NCBI GenBank assembly: GCA_020052235.1
Contig: JAGVPM010000082.1
Location: 1-55,534, forward strand
DNA: 55,534 nt
Direction of reading: 5' to 3'
Source of the DNA: Candidatus Goldiibacteriota bacterium
GTDB taxonomy: Bacteria > Oederibacteriota > JAAXVQ01
Shown here: positions 9,370 through 18,895 of the stretch, piece after piece
How positions within the stretch are numbered: position 1 is the first letter of the stretch
Layout of the letters: each line of letters begins with the position of its first letter
Translations under genes and position numbers: made by a program
The notes under the pieces: model-generated
The model's input: only the letters and a program-made list of their open reading frames with translations
Databases searched by the model: none
Told to the model about the DNA's origin: nothing

Positions 9370-10780
9370 AGGCTCCCTTATCATAGGCTGGGCCGGCCGG
9401 CCGCGGATTAAGGTTATAGTCAAAACGAACTTCATCCAACGCCATGCCTGTATTGATCGCCGGGCTGTTGGGGAGCAAAGTCAGATCACCGCTTATGGGA
9501 TTTGAAAAATAAGGGTTGCTTATTATTTCCGTGCTGTCCGCATTGTCCGGATAATTCCACGTAGAATCTTGGTTTTCGGAAAAGAAGATATTATAGCCAT
9601 GCCGAAGCGAACCAGTTTTGTGTATCCGGGCATTATCCGCATAAAATTTCTCTACCGGGTGGGCTGAATCATTATACGCGGCATTATTAAAAATGCTGAT
9701 TTCCGAGGTGGCGACATGGTCGGGTTCCGGCACTCTGATCAATGTTTTGGATTTATAGCCGCAGTTGTAAAAAGAGTTATTGAAAATTTTGCCTTTTTGA
9801 CAGGAGCCGATGCTAATACCGGCCATTTCACAGTTGATGAAAACATTATTGAAAATAATTTGTTCATACGCCGAAGGGTACTCAAACCAGGCATTATCGC
9901 GCCAGCTGAATTGCCCCCATCCGCCAAAATTCAAACCGGCGCCATTGGTTTCTTTGCCAACCCACATGCCGCAATTTTGAATCCGGTTGTTGTACCAAAT
10001 ATTATTTGCGCTTCCGCCTTTGAAATACCCGCCCGTGCCTCCCCCGTTATCATGCAGAAAGTTATTCCGGCAGATGGAGTGATAGACGGCCACCCCGTCA
10101 ATACAATCATCATATTGCAGGCGATTAGTTACTTGGGAAATATCATTTTTCTCAATCAAAATAAATTCAATATGGGCGCTTTTCACCCCATCCCGGCCGG
10201 TATGATGTACTATGTTATTCCTCACCACACAATATTTTCCCTTATCCTGATCATCTTTGCCAAATACTCCAATGCCGTACCCCCGGCAATTTCTGATCTC
10301 AAATCCATCGATGACAACGGCTTGGCCTTCTATGACAATTAAATTTTCCGTATCATTATTGCCTTCAATGATTGCTCTTCCCGGGCCGTCTTCCGAGTAC
10401 AGTACGAACGGTTGGGCGCTTGAGGCATACATGTTCAAGTTGATCATTCCCTCGGAATAAATTCCGGATTTCACTCGGATGATCGTTCCGGACTGACCGT
10501 GGATTTGAACGGCATGTTTGATGGTGCGGTAAGGATGGACGGCCGAACCATCGCCGGATTGGTCATCGCCATCAGGTGATACATATACACTACTAAGCGC
10601 GAAATAATTTTCCGTGGGGAAAAAAAGTTCCATCTCCTGATAAGTGTAGATGGGGATTTTCCATGGGGGAGTTTTGGCTTTCCCCAAATCCATGGAAGGA
10701 AAATTCGGATTTGGCGTTTGCGCACAACCGGCTACTAAGCAAGTGGTTATTAATAAAACCTTAAATTCATTTTTCAACAT
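9359..10780 (-). CDS. Right-handed parallel beta-helix lipoprotein (DUF1565-like start, choice-of-anchor Q-like tail)
   Basis: Lipobox LVAGC, motif YVSPDGDD..GDGS..HPYRTI, Asn-rich repeats and C-terminal L.PNSPAINTG...DKGAYE. Confidence 0.82.
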   Translation of the reverse strand: MLKNEFKVLLITTCLVAGCAQTPNPNFPSMDLGKAKTPPWKIPIYTYQEMELFFPTENYFALSSVYVSPDGDDQSGDGSAVHPYRTIKHAVQIHGQSGTIIRVKSGIYSEGMINLNMYASSAQPFVLYSEDGPGRAIIEGNNDTENLIVIEGQAVVIDGFEIRNCRGYGIGVFGKDDQDKGKYCVVRNNIVHHTGRDGVKSAHIEFILIEKNDISQVTNRLQYDDCIDGVAVYHSICRNNFLHDNGGGTGGYFKGGSANNIWYNNRIQNCGMWVGKETNGAGLNFGGWGQFSWRDNAWFEYPSAYEQIIFNNVFINCEMAGISIGSCQKGKIFNNSFYNCGYKSKTLIRVPEPDHVATSEISIFNNAAYNDSAHPVEKFYADNARIHKTGSLRHGYNIFFSENQDSTWNYPDNADSTEIISNPYFSNPISGDLTLLPNSPAINTGMALDEVRFDYNLNPRPAGPAYDKGAYEQ

Positions 10781-10818
10781 TAAAAAAAACCGCCTGGTTC
10801 TTCATCAGAATTGAAGGC

Positions 10819-11190
10819 TTACTTTGCCACGGTAATCCGGCTTTTTTTCTCCACGCCGTCCACTTTAACCCGGGCCTGAAAAGTGCCGGGCGGAACCGCG
10901 CCGCAATTCCAGACAATAATCCCGGGGCCGGGAGGCAGCACTTTTTTTATTACCGCCACTTTTTTTCCTTTGGCATTGTAAATATCGATTTCAACGTCCG
11001 CTTTCTTTTTCATGGTCAACCGGAACGTGATTTCGCCCTTTTTCTCTGCCGTGGCTTGTTGCCGGCCTGCCACAGTCACCGCAGAAGGCGTTGAGGATGT
11101 GCCCGACAGTTTGATTTCCGCCCACCCGGGTAAATGAACTGCCAACAAAAAAATAAATACTACCGCGAAAAACGCACCTGATCTACGCAC
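10819..11190 (-). CDS. Small secreted protein consisting of a T9SS-CTD/FlgD-Ig-like domain
   Basis: Signal peptide plus VEIDIYNAKGKKV...IVWNC..VPPGTF.ARVK, resembling the CTDs of the proteins at 44.7 and 46.3 kb. Confidence 0.65.
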   Translation of the reverse strand: MRRSGAFFAVVFIFLLAVHLPGWAEIKLSGTSSTPSAVTVAGRQQATAEKKGEITFRLTMKKKADVEIDIYNAKGKKVAVIKKVLPPGPGIIVWNCGAVPPGTFQARVKVDGVEKKSRITVAK

Positions 11191-11263
11191 GAGAACTCCT
11201 CCGATAGGGTTAATTTAACCTGACGCCGGATAACGCCAAATTCATCCTCTTGTCAAATATTTT

Positions 11264-11824
11264 CTATTCCCACGCGTACTTAAACACGCAATGTTTTTTT
11301 CCCCGGTTCAGGCATTCCGAATGATCTATGGTTAGTTGCTTGGCCCCCGCGTATTCCAAGGCCATGCGCGACCAGCCCAAGATCCCGCTGCAGCCCGCCT
11401 GGCCGTAGGGCTCGGCGCCGATCAGCTCAAACTCGGCGGAGTTTGACGTCATACTGATGGTTTTAAACTCTCCGACATTAAAATATTGTTTATACGAGTT
11501 CGGAAAGGACTTGGCGGTAAACGAGGGTGTGCCTATTTTTATAAAAATACGCAAAATAGTCCCCAGGTCGTTAAGCGCCACCGCGCCGCCGATTTTTTGA
11601 AAGAGCTCATCGCTCCACATGGTACAGATGATTTTGTAAAGGTTGACGTACATAGAAGCCGGAATCTTGCTGATGGGCATGACCTTGGCCTTGGTCCAAT
11701 ACTCCCGCTCGTTCTCAGGAAACGCTTTCACAAACGTTTCAAATTCCTCAGGCGATTTGTTCTCCGCGAACCATTTTTTCGCGCCTAAAATAATAAGCCC
11801 CTTGAATGTTGCGTTGGATTCCAT
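11264..11824 (-). CDS. V4R/DUF2378-like small ligand-binding protein
   Basis: N-terminal (F/I)KG motif and C-terminal HSECLNRGKKHCVFKYAW. Paralog of 51618-52178. Confidence 0.65.
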   Translation of the reverse strand: MESNATFKGLIILGAKKWFAENKSPEEFETFVKAFPENEREYWTKAKVMPISKIPASMYVNLYKIICTMWSDELFQKIGGAVALNDLGTILRIFIKIGTPSFTAKSFPNSYKQYFNVGEFKTISMTSNSAEFELIGAEPYGQAGCSGILGWSRMALEYAGAKQLTIDHSECLNRGKKHCVFKYAWE

Positions 11825-11926
11825 GGGTTCCCCCTGTATACGATATGCAGCTGTTGTGGTGACAAGACGATATTTTAGAACTTTAAACGCGCAATATCCA
11901 GCTATTTAAAGAATCGCCCGCGCATT

Positions 11927-12319
11927 TTATGCGCAGCGCCAGCGTCCCCGGGTTTTCTTTTTCCCCCTGCCTTTTTCCTTTCCCTTAACGCCGTCATAGT
12001 GTTTTATGCCCCATTGCAGCATGGCGTCCAATACGGGCATGAAGGACTTGCCCAAAACCGTGAGCTGGTACTCCACCCGGGGCGGGACTTCAGGAAAAAT
12101 CGTGCGAATGAGCATCCCGTCGGCTTCCAATTCTTTGAGGTGTTTGGTCAGCATTTTCAAGGAAGCATCCTGCACGGTACGGCGGAGCTCCCCGAAGCGC
12201 AGCGGTTTGTCCTTAACGGCCCACAGGATCAGCGGCTTCCATTTGCCGTCAAATTTGCTTAAAGCGTAGGTGAGCGGGCAATGCACTTGAATTTTATTCA
12301 TGTTATATTCTCTTTTCAT
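11927..12319 (-). CDS. HxlR family winged-helix transcriptional regulator
   Basis: Motifs CP...GKWKPLIL, LRFGELRR, LKELEADG and EVPPRVEYQLT. Confidence 0.92.
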   Translation of the reverse strand: MKREYNMNKIQVHCPLTYALSKFDGKWKPLILWAVKDKPLRFGELRRTVQDASLKMLTKHLKELEADGMLIRTIFPEVPPRVEYQLTVLGKSFMPVLDAMLQWGIKHYDGVKGKEKGRGKKKTRGRWRCA

Positions 12320-12327
12320 ATCACAAT

Positions 12328-12363
12328 AGTCACTTCTGGTTACTATTATACCAAAAGGTAACT
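12328..12363. promoter_or_regulatory. Putative HxlR operator in the divergent intergenic region
   Basis: Imperfect palindromes AGTCAC-N5-GTTACT and TACC-AAAA-GGTA between hxlR and the nitroreductase. Confidence 0.4.
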
Positions 12364-12429
12364 ACTTGCAAAAGGGAAATAACCAGTATAAACTTGGCCA
12401 GTGCTCAATTCATCCGGGAGGAATACTCT

Positions 12430-12930
12430 ATGATATTACCAGCCATCCAGGAACGCCGCAGCGTGCGGGAATACGAAACCAAGGAAGTGCCCCAAGCCTT
12501 GATTTGGGAAATAATCCAAGCCGCCCAGTATGCGCCCACGGGCATGAATAACCGGGCCGTGGAATACGTGGTGCTGCGCGGGGCGGAAACAAAAAAACGG
12601 TTGTTTGAAATCTTGGAACCCAAACAGCCCTTTATCAAGGAAGCGCCGGCCATTATCATTCCGGTTACGGACACGCGCAAAACCATTGTCGCCACCGCGG
12701 ATTTGGCCATTGCCTCTTCTTTTATCATGACCCAAACCACGGCTCTGGGGTTGGGTACGGTTTGGAAACACATTGATCCGGACAAGGCTCACGAGGTCGG
12801 TAAATTCCTGGGCTTGCCTCCGGAATACATCCTAATTAACGCCCTGCCGGTCGGGTATCCCAAAAAAAAGATGCCCGATCACCAGGAAAAAGAATTTTCG
12901 GAAAATAAAATCCATCAGGAAAAATGGTAA
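12430..12930 (+). CDS. Nitroreductase family protein
   Basis: Motifs RRSVREY, APTGMN, LGLGTVW and VGYP. ATG 12430 has a GGGAGG RBS. Confidence 0.9.
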   Translation: MILPAIQERRSVREYETKEVPQALIWEIIQAAQYAPTGMNNRAVEYVVLRGAETKKRLFEILEPKQPFIKEAPAIIIPVTDTRKTIVATADLAIASSFIMTQTTALGLGTVWKHIDPDKAHEVGKFLGLPPEYILINALPVGYPKKKMPDHQEKEFSENKIHQEKW

Positions 12931-12957
12931 GTATCTTACTTAACTACGGGAGGAACC

Positions 12958-13359
12958 ATGCAAGAGATTATTGATTTTTTAACTGCCAATGCGAACGGAT
13001 GTTTGGCCACAGTCAGTGAAGGGAAACCGCGGGTGCGCCCCTGGATGTTCGCGCATGCGCACAAGGGCAAATTGTATTTCGGCACTTCCAATAAAAAATC
13101 CGTGTTTCAGCAGCTTAAAACCCTGCCGTATGTGGAATTCACCTCGACCTCACCTGCTTTGGTTACGGCCCGGGTACGTGGCACGGTTGAATTCACCGGC
13201 GACCGCGAGCTCAAAAAGAAAATCCTCGATACCCACGAAATGGTGCGCTCGATTTATCAAAGCCCGGACAATCCCGAGTTCGAGCTGTTCTGCATTGCTT
13301 CCGGCGAAGCCAGCCTGTCGGATTTCTCCGGGCAGCCGCCCAAGGTTTTCAAATTTTAA
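12958..13359 (+). CDS. Pyridoxamine 5'-phosphate oxidase-like FMN-binding protein
   Basis: Motifs LATV.EGKPRVRP and YFGTSNKKSVFQQL..NP/LPYVEF. GGAGG RBS. Confidence 0.88.
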   Translation: MQEIIDFLTANANGCLATVSEGKPRVRPWMFAHAHKGKLYFGTSNKKSVFQQLKTLPYVEFTSTSPALVTARVRGTVEFTGDRELKKKILDTHEMVRSIYQSPDNPEFELFCIASGEASLSDFSGQPPKVFKF

Positions 13360-13377
13360 CCACCGCGTTTATCCACA

Positions 13378-13407
13378 GGGGCGGGTTTTAAACCCGCCCC
13401 ATTTTTT
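13378..13407 (+). terminator. Intrinsic terminator (REP-like hairpin)
   Basis: GGGGCGGGTTT-T-AAACCCGCCCC followed by ATTTTTT, 19 nt after the stop codon. Confidence 0.75.
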
Positions 13408-13596
13408 CCTCAACTGATTTATACCTTTTCGTTTTCGTTGAAACTGCCGGCATACACCCACTCCCCGTTGCGAGGTTACATTTAATTACAAATTTCTTTT
13501 TGCGTTAAAAAACGTTATTCTTTATCATTGACACTTCGCATCCGCTTGCGGTTTTTACTTGTTGGTGGATATCCCGAAGTATTCTCAGGAGGCATT

Positions 13597-14244
13597 ATGA
13601 ACGAAATTTTCAGGCATCTGGCTCTGGCCGGGGATACGTGGGTTCTGTACTTGCTGGTCGCAGCCAGTGTGCTGAGCGTGGCGATTATGCTCGACCGCTA
13701 TTTGGCGTTTTCCAAGGCCAAAGGCGATGTCCCGGCCTTGATGGACGGTTTGGCGCGGCTCTTGGAAAACCATGATATCCCGGGCGCGATTAAACTGGCG
13801 GAAGCCTCTTCCCGGCTTGAAGCGCGGGTGGCCCTGGAAGGCTTAAAAAGCGTGGGACGCGGCGTGGCGGCCGTGGAAGAAGTCATGTCCTCCCGCTGGC
13901 TGCGCGAAAAAATGGCGCTGGAAAAAAACCTGATCATATTAGCCACCTTGGGCAACAATGCGCCGTTTGTAGGCTTGTTCGGGACAGTGCTGGGCATCAT
14001 CAAAGCATTTAATGATCTGGCTGCCACCGGACAATCCGGGGTGGCCGTGGTCATGGCGGGTATTTCCTCGGCCCTGATCGCCACCGCGTTCGGCATCTTG
14101 GTTGCCATTCCGGCCGTGGTGGCCAACAACTACTTTGCCGCGCGCCTGAAACAGACCCAGACTGCTTCCGAGAGCCTCTCGCATATTTTGCTCGCCTATC
14201 TGAAAGAAGAAAAGAAAGGAAAGGGCAGCCATGCAAACCAATGA
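13597..14244 (+). CDS. exbB: MotA/TolQ/ExbB proton channel protein
   Basis: Motifs APFVGLFGTVLGII.AF and AGISSALIATAFG..VAIPA. ATG 13597 has an AGGAGG RBS. Confidence 0.9.
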   Translation: MNEIFRHLALAGDTWVLYLLVAASVLSVAIMLDRYLAFSKAKGDVPALMDGLARLLENHDIPGAIKLAEASSRLEARVALEGLKSVGRGVAAVEEVMSSRWLREKMALEKNLIILATLGNNAPFVGLFGTVLGIIKAFNDLAATGQSGVAVVMAGISSALIATAFGILVAIPAVVANNYFAARLKQTQTASESLSHILLAYLKEEKKGKGSHANQ

Positions 14245-14632
14245 GGATGATTCCAATGTCGTATCGGGCATCAATGTAACGCCTCTGGTGGACATTACCT
14301 TGGTGCTGCTGATTATTTTCATGGTCACGGCCACGTTTGTCAGCGAACAGGGACTGCAGGTCCGTTTGCCCAAAGTCATCACGCAAGAAAATGCCCCGGC
14401 CCCGGCCATCACCGTGGCCGTGGACAAGGAGGGCCGCCTGCGCCTGATGAAAAAAGATGTAACCTTGCCGGAGCTGGCCACGCAAATGGCGCTGGAAGTA
14501 AAACTGGACCCCGGCGTTAAAATTTTGGTCAAAGCAGACAAAGATCTTTCTTATTATAAAGTGGCGGAAGTGCTTGATACGCTCAAACTCGCGGGCGTGA
14601 ATAAAGCCGCGCTGGCCATGGATAGAAAGTGA
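14231..14632 (+). CDS. exbD: Biopolymer transporter ExbD/TolR
   Basis: Motifs INVTPLVDITLVLLIIFMV and KADKDLSY. Confidence 0.92.
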   Translation: MQTNEDDSNVVSGINVTPLVDITLVLLIIFMVTATFVSEQGLQVRLPKVITQENAPAPAITVAVDKEGRLRLMKKDVTLPELATQMALEVKLDPGVKILVKADKDLSYYKVAEVLDTLKLAGVNKAALAMDRK

Positions 14633-14729
14633 AGCCCCCCGAGGCCTGCCGAGGGATATCGGATATCATGCCCCGAGCACCCTTTATTATCCCTGCCGCT
14701 GGCGGCAGGGTATTGATAGGCGAAAGGGT

Positions 14730-15365
14730 ATGAAACTGCTGAAGGGGTTTTCTTTTTCCCTCCTGATCCATGCCCTGCTGTTTTCCGCGGGCTTTGGGTA
14801 CATTGCCTGGGAAAAAGCCCACGCCGTGTCCGTGATGGATATTGATTTGCACAACTCCTCGCTGCTCTTGCGCCCGAAGCAAATTTCGGGAGGACGGCGG
14901 CTGATGACAATTCCTCTTGAACCTTGGTATTTAACCACCAATAAACGCACGGTGCCCGCAGTGCCTAAAGTTCCGCAACCCAGGCCCACGGAGGAACCAA
15001 TACTGTCCGCGCCTGTGGCGGATAATCCCAATCTCAACGGTCCGCCCGGCCCGGGCACGGCACCCGAATGGGTTCCCGCTTCCCTGGCAGCGCACAGTCC
15101 GGATTGGGTGGAAGGGTTCATTACCGAGGATGATTATCCTCCGGTGGCCCGCAAGCAGGGCAAAGAAGGCCGGGTCGTGGCCGTGGCGCTGATTGACGCG
15201 CAAGGCATTGTGCGCGACGTGCAAATCACCGAAGGCAGTTACCCTGAATTCAACCAGCTGGTCTTGGAACGCCTGAAGGCCGCAAAATTTCTGCCTGCGC
15301 GCGATCAGAATAACCAGCCCATTGGCGTGCGCATGACCATTCCCATTGTATTTGAATTACACTAA
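14730..15365 (+). CDS. tonB: Energy transducer TonB
   Basis: N-terminal TM with SLLIH, Pro-rich linker and YPPVARKQGKEGRV C-terminal domain. Confidence 0.88.
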   Translation: MKLLKGFSFSLLIHALLFSAGFGYIAWEKAHAVSVMDIDLHNSSLLLRPKQISGGRRLMTIPLEPWYLTTNKRTVPAVPKVPQPRPTEEPILSAPVADNPNLNGPPGPGTAPEWVPASLAAHSPDWVEGFITEDDYPPVARKQGKEGRVVAVALIDAQGIVRDVQITEGSYPEFNQLVLERLKAAKFLPARDQNNQPIGVRMTIPIVFELH

Positions 15366-15382
15366 CTATCAATGAGGATTCT

Positions 15383-17662
15383 ATGAATGCTTTCGGTTCC
15401 CGCGCGGCCCGGTTTTTATTCCTGCTGGCTTGCAGTCTGTTTTCATCCTGGGCCTGGGCCGAACCCGGCGTACCGCTGCCCTTGACGCCCACGGTTGAGG
15501 CCGCTCCCGCTGCGCACCTCTTCGGCCGGGTTCGGGAACTGGGATCCTCCGATCCCCTGCGCAGCGCTCTGGTGGAATTGCTGGGCACAACCCGGTGCGC
15601 GGAAACCGACGCGCGCGGAAATTATCGCCTCGACAGCGCGCCCGGCAGCCTCCAACTCCGATTCAGTGCTGTGGGCCACGCACCGGTTTTGAAAACAATC
15701 ACCCTGGCACCCGGACAAGAACTGAAACTCAATGTCTCGCTTGACCGCGTGGATTTCACATCGGGAACCATCGTGGTGCGGGGGAAAAAAGAAAGACCCC
15801 AGGTAATCACCACCACCTTATCCCAAACTGAAATTAAAAAAAATCCCGGCTCGGCCGGGGACGCGCTCCGGGCCGTGCAAAACCTGCCGGGCATTGCCAT
15901 TCCCAATGATCTTTCCAGCCAGCTGGTGGTTCAAGGCGGCGGCCCTAATGACAACCTTTTTCTGCTCGACAATATTCCCTGGCCCGTTCCCTTTCATTTC
16001 GGAGGTATCCTCTCAACCGTAAACTCGGACTTGCTCTCGACAGTCGATCTCAATGCCGCGGGCTTCGGCGTGCGCTGGGGCAACTGCCTGGGCGCGGTAC
16101 TCGACGCCAAAACGCGTGCCGGGAAAAAAGACCGCCTGCATGCTTCGCTGGATACCAACCTCGTTACCACTCAAGGCCTGGTGGAAACCCCTCTGGGCTG
16201 GGGCGACGCGTCATTAACCCTGGCCGGACGGCGGAGTTACTTTGATCTCTTCATGGGGCCATTGATGAAACGCTTTTCCAGTTCATCCGGGTCCGGCTTT
16301 ACGGCTTTTCCATATTTCTGGGACTTAGGGGGCAGCTTGGATGTTTCGCTCACGCCGCACGACCATATCCGCGCCCTGGCTTTGGGCAGTGATGATATCC
16401 TGGGGCTCTACATTGCCCCCGAGGATTCGCGCGATCCGGCCTTCTCCGGGGATTTCCGCATGGAGAACCGGGCATTCACCAGCGGATTCAGCTGGATCAA
16501 CACGGCAGTAACGGGCTTGGTCTCCACCCTGACACCCTATTATTATCAAACCCTGTCCGCCAACTCCCTCGGAACCGGATTCGAAATTAACCTGCAACAA
16601 GATGTGGCCGGCGTGAAAGAGGAAGCGGAATGGAATGCCGGGGAGTGGCTGGGAATGAAACATGAACTGGGCGCCGGGGGCGGTATCGAATGGCAAACCT
16701 ACAGCCAATCAATGTATTTTTATAAAAGCGTCACCAACGGCATCCCCACCGACCCCACCGGAACCACGATCACAGCCCGCTGTATCAACCGCAACGCGTA
16801 CCTGCAGGACCGCGTCTTGCTCCTGCCTGCCTTAGCACTGACCGCGGGCTTGCACTATGATAAAAATGACCGGGTGGCCGGGGACGTACTGACCCCGCGT
16901 TTGAGCCTGGAATGGCAAGCCGATCCTCTCACCCTATGGAAAGCCGGGTGGGGCCTCTACGACCAGTTCCCCGGCGCGCTGCTGACCAACCCGGACTTCG
17001 GCAATCCGCAGTTAAGCGCCAATCGCGCCGAACACACAGTGCTCAGCCTGGAGCGAAAATTTTCGCGCGACCTTTTGGGGCGCGTTGATGCTTACTATAA
17101 AAAATACTATGACTTAGTAGTCAATGATTCGGATACCACCATCAATAAAGGACTGGGCACGGCCAAGGGTGTGGAATTTTTCCTGCGCGAAAACTTGGGT
17201 GAGAAATTTTTTGGTTGGATTTCATATGCCTACTCCAAATCCGAACGCATGCGTCCGCCGGTGAATGACTGGACCGTGTATCAATACGATCAGCCTAACA
17301 TCCTGACCTTGGTGGCCCACTACAATTTCACTCCGGCCTGGGGCCTTGGGAGCAAGGTGCATTACAATTCCGGCCCGCTGGTGAAAAGCCTGAAAACCCG
17401 CTACCAGGACTTGGGCGGCACCTGGCGCGCCACCTACTCGGATACCTATGACCAGCGTTTGGATGATTACTTGCGCGTGGACATGCGCATGGATTACGTC
17501 TGGCGCTTCGAAGGCTGGCGCCTGAGTGCCTACCTGGAAATTTTAAATGTATTGGACCGCGGCAACCCGGCGGGTATTACCTATTCCGAGGATTATTCCA
17601 AGGCGGAAGTTATTAACAATTTGCCGCGCATGCCCTATTTCGGAATCGAAGCGGAGTTCTAA
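15383..17662 (+). CDS. TonB-dependent receptor with N-terminal carboxypeptidase-regulatory-like domain
   Basis: Signal peptide, plug motifs (DALRAVQNLPG, LLDNIP..PFHFGG), beta-barrel and terminal F (GIEAEF). Confidence 0.9.
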   Translation: MNAFGSRAARFLFLLACSLFSSWAWAEPGVPLPLTPTVEAAPAAHLFGRVRELGSSDPLRSALVELLGTTRCAETDARGNYRLDSAPGSLQLRFSAVGHAPVLKTITLAPGQELKLNVSLDRVDFTSGTIVVRGKKERPQVITTTLSQTEIKKNPGSAGDALRAVQNLPGIAIPNDLSSQLVVQGGGPNDNLFLLDNIPWPVPFHFGGILSTVNSDLLSTVDLNAAGFGVRWGNCLGAVLDAKTRAGKKDRLHASLDTNLVTTQGLVETPLGWGDASLTLAGRRSYFDLFMGPLMKRFSSSSGSGFTAFPYFWDLGGSLDVSLTPHDHIRALALGSDDILGLYIAPEDSRDPAFSGDFRMENRAFTSGFSWINTAVTGLVSTLTPYYYQTLSANSLGTGFEINLQQDVAGVKEEAEWNAGEWLGMKHELGAGGGIEWQTYSQSMYFYKSVTNGIPTDPTGTTITARCINRNAYLQDRVLLLPALALTAGLHYDKNDRVAGDVLTPRLSLEWQADPLTLWKAGWGLYDQFPGALLTNPDFGNPQLSANRAEHTVLSLERKFSRDLLGRVDAYYKKYYDLVVNDSDTTINKGLGTAKGVEFFLRENLGEKFFGWISYAYSKSERMRPPVNDWTVYQYDQPNILTLVAHYNFTPAWGLGSKVHYNSGPLVKSLKTRYQDLGGTWRATYSDTYDQRLDDYLRVDMRMDYVWRFEGWRLSAYLEILNVLDRGNPAGITYSEDYSKAEVINNLPRMPYFGIEAEF

Positions 17663-17668
17663 ACGCAC

Positions 17669-18283
17669 TTACCCGGCTTGAAACACCGGCGCCAAGGCAG
17701 TCACGGTTTTTTCGGGGTGCAATATGAAACGGTCGTCGAGCGTGATGCCCTGCTGCGCCAGGTGCAGTGTTTCAAAAAAGTAGCGCTGGTTTTCCAATTT
17801 AAAATCACCATAGCCGCACGAAAGCCTTTGGCCCAGCTTCAGGCCTTCGCGGCGTATCTGCACCGTAATTTCGGTTTCCAAAAAATCCAGGGCAAAATCA
17901 ACTTTCTCGGACAATACCGCATCCAGCATCACGGACTGCTTCAATTCTCCTGCATCCGCCAGTTGCTCAATTTTAGCAAAATCCGCGGGATCGGCGGAAG
18001 CGGCCAGCAATAAAACCTTCGGCGCATTAGCAAAGCGTTCGGCAATTAAGCGGCTGGAAAATGTATGGGTGCCCAAACGGCAGACATCCCCGTCAATGCC
18101 GAGGGGCTGAAAAAGATACGTCACCCGCACCCGGGTTGCGGCCACCAAACTGCGCAGCCTGGGCGCGTATTCGGTAAGAATCGGTTCAGCTTCCGACAAT
18201 CCCGCGCGGTAACCCAACCGCGTGTATATCGTCAAGAGCGGCATATGACTGAGGCTGAGCCATTTCATGATGGGGTCGGTCAT
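17669..18283 (-). CDS. Stand-alone methionine synthase activation (AdoMet-binding) domain
   Basis: Motifs RLSCGYGDFKLENQ (cf. RFSPGYGD) and ILHPEKTVTAL. Start re-called at ATG 18283 to avoid overlap with dcd. Confidence 0.8.
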   Translation of the reverse strand: MTDPIMKWLSLSHMPLLTIYTRLGYRAGLSEAEPILTEYAPRLRSLVAATRVRVTYLFQPLGIDGDVCRLGTHTFSSRLIAERFANAPKVLLLAASADPADFAKIEQLADAGELKQSVMLDAVLSEKVDFALDFLETEITVQIRREGLKLGQRLSCGYGDFKLENQRYFFETLHLAQQGITLDDRFILHPEKTVTALAPVFQAG

Positions 18284-18308
18284 GGGTACGGTCCTTAATC
18301 TTTCATCG

Positions 18309-18860
18309 TTACGATGTTTTCGCCAGCGTAATGCCCTTGGTGCCCTGGTACTTGCCGCCTTTATCCGCGTAGGAAATATGCGGCAAATGCTCGCTCTGTA
18401 AAAACAGCACCTGGGCAATGCCTTCGCGTGCATAAATTTTCACCGGCACCGTGCTGGTGTTGACGATCTGCATGGTCACGTGCCCTTCCCACTCGGGCTC
18501 CAGGGGCGTAACATTGACCAACACGCCGCAACGGGCATAGGTGGATTTGCCGGTGCATACGGTGATCACATTGCGCGGAATGCGAAAATGCTCCACCGAA
18601 CGCCCCAAACAAAATGTATTCGGAGGCAACAATAATATATCGCCTTTGAAGTCTTCAAAATCTTCGGCGCGGGATTTTTTAGGATCCGTGATTTGTCCCC
18701 CTTGGGGCCGGTAAACTTTAAATTCATCATCCACGCGCATATCATAGCCGTACGAGGAAATGCCGTACGAAACCACGCCGCCGGAAGTCGGCTCAGCGCA
18801 GGGGTCAATCATGCCGTTCTCTTTCGCCAGCTTACGAATTAAATGATCGGGCAACACCAT
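18309..18860 (-). CDS. dcd: dCTP deaminase
   Basis: Motifs SYGISSYGYD, GKSTYARCG, TPLEPEWEG and SYADKGGKYQ. Confidence 0.95.
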   Translation of the reverse strand: MVLPDHLIRKLAKENGMIDPCAEPTSGGVVSYGISSYGYDMRVDDEFKVYRPQGGQITDPKKSRAEDFEDFKGDILLLPPNTFCLGRSVEHFRIPRNVITVCTGKSTYARCGVLVNVTPLEPEWEGHVTMQIVNTSTVPVKIYAREGIAQVLFLQSEHLPHISYADKGGKYQGTKGITLAKTS

Positions 18861-18895
18861 AAGAATTAAGCCTCCTTAATTATTAAAATAAAGTT

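Noticed and set aside
13410-13596. Cobalamin riboswitch / BtuB call for the TonB cluster, suggested by the nearby metH genes
   Set aside because: No B12-box or GGGAA core motifs are recognisable, and the receptor substrate cannot be inferred.
4500-17668. Prophage or ICE
   Set aside because: No integrase, phage or conjugation genes and no flanking direct repeats were found.
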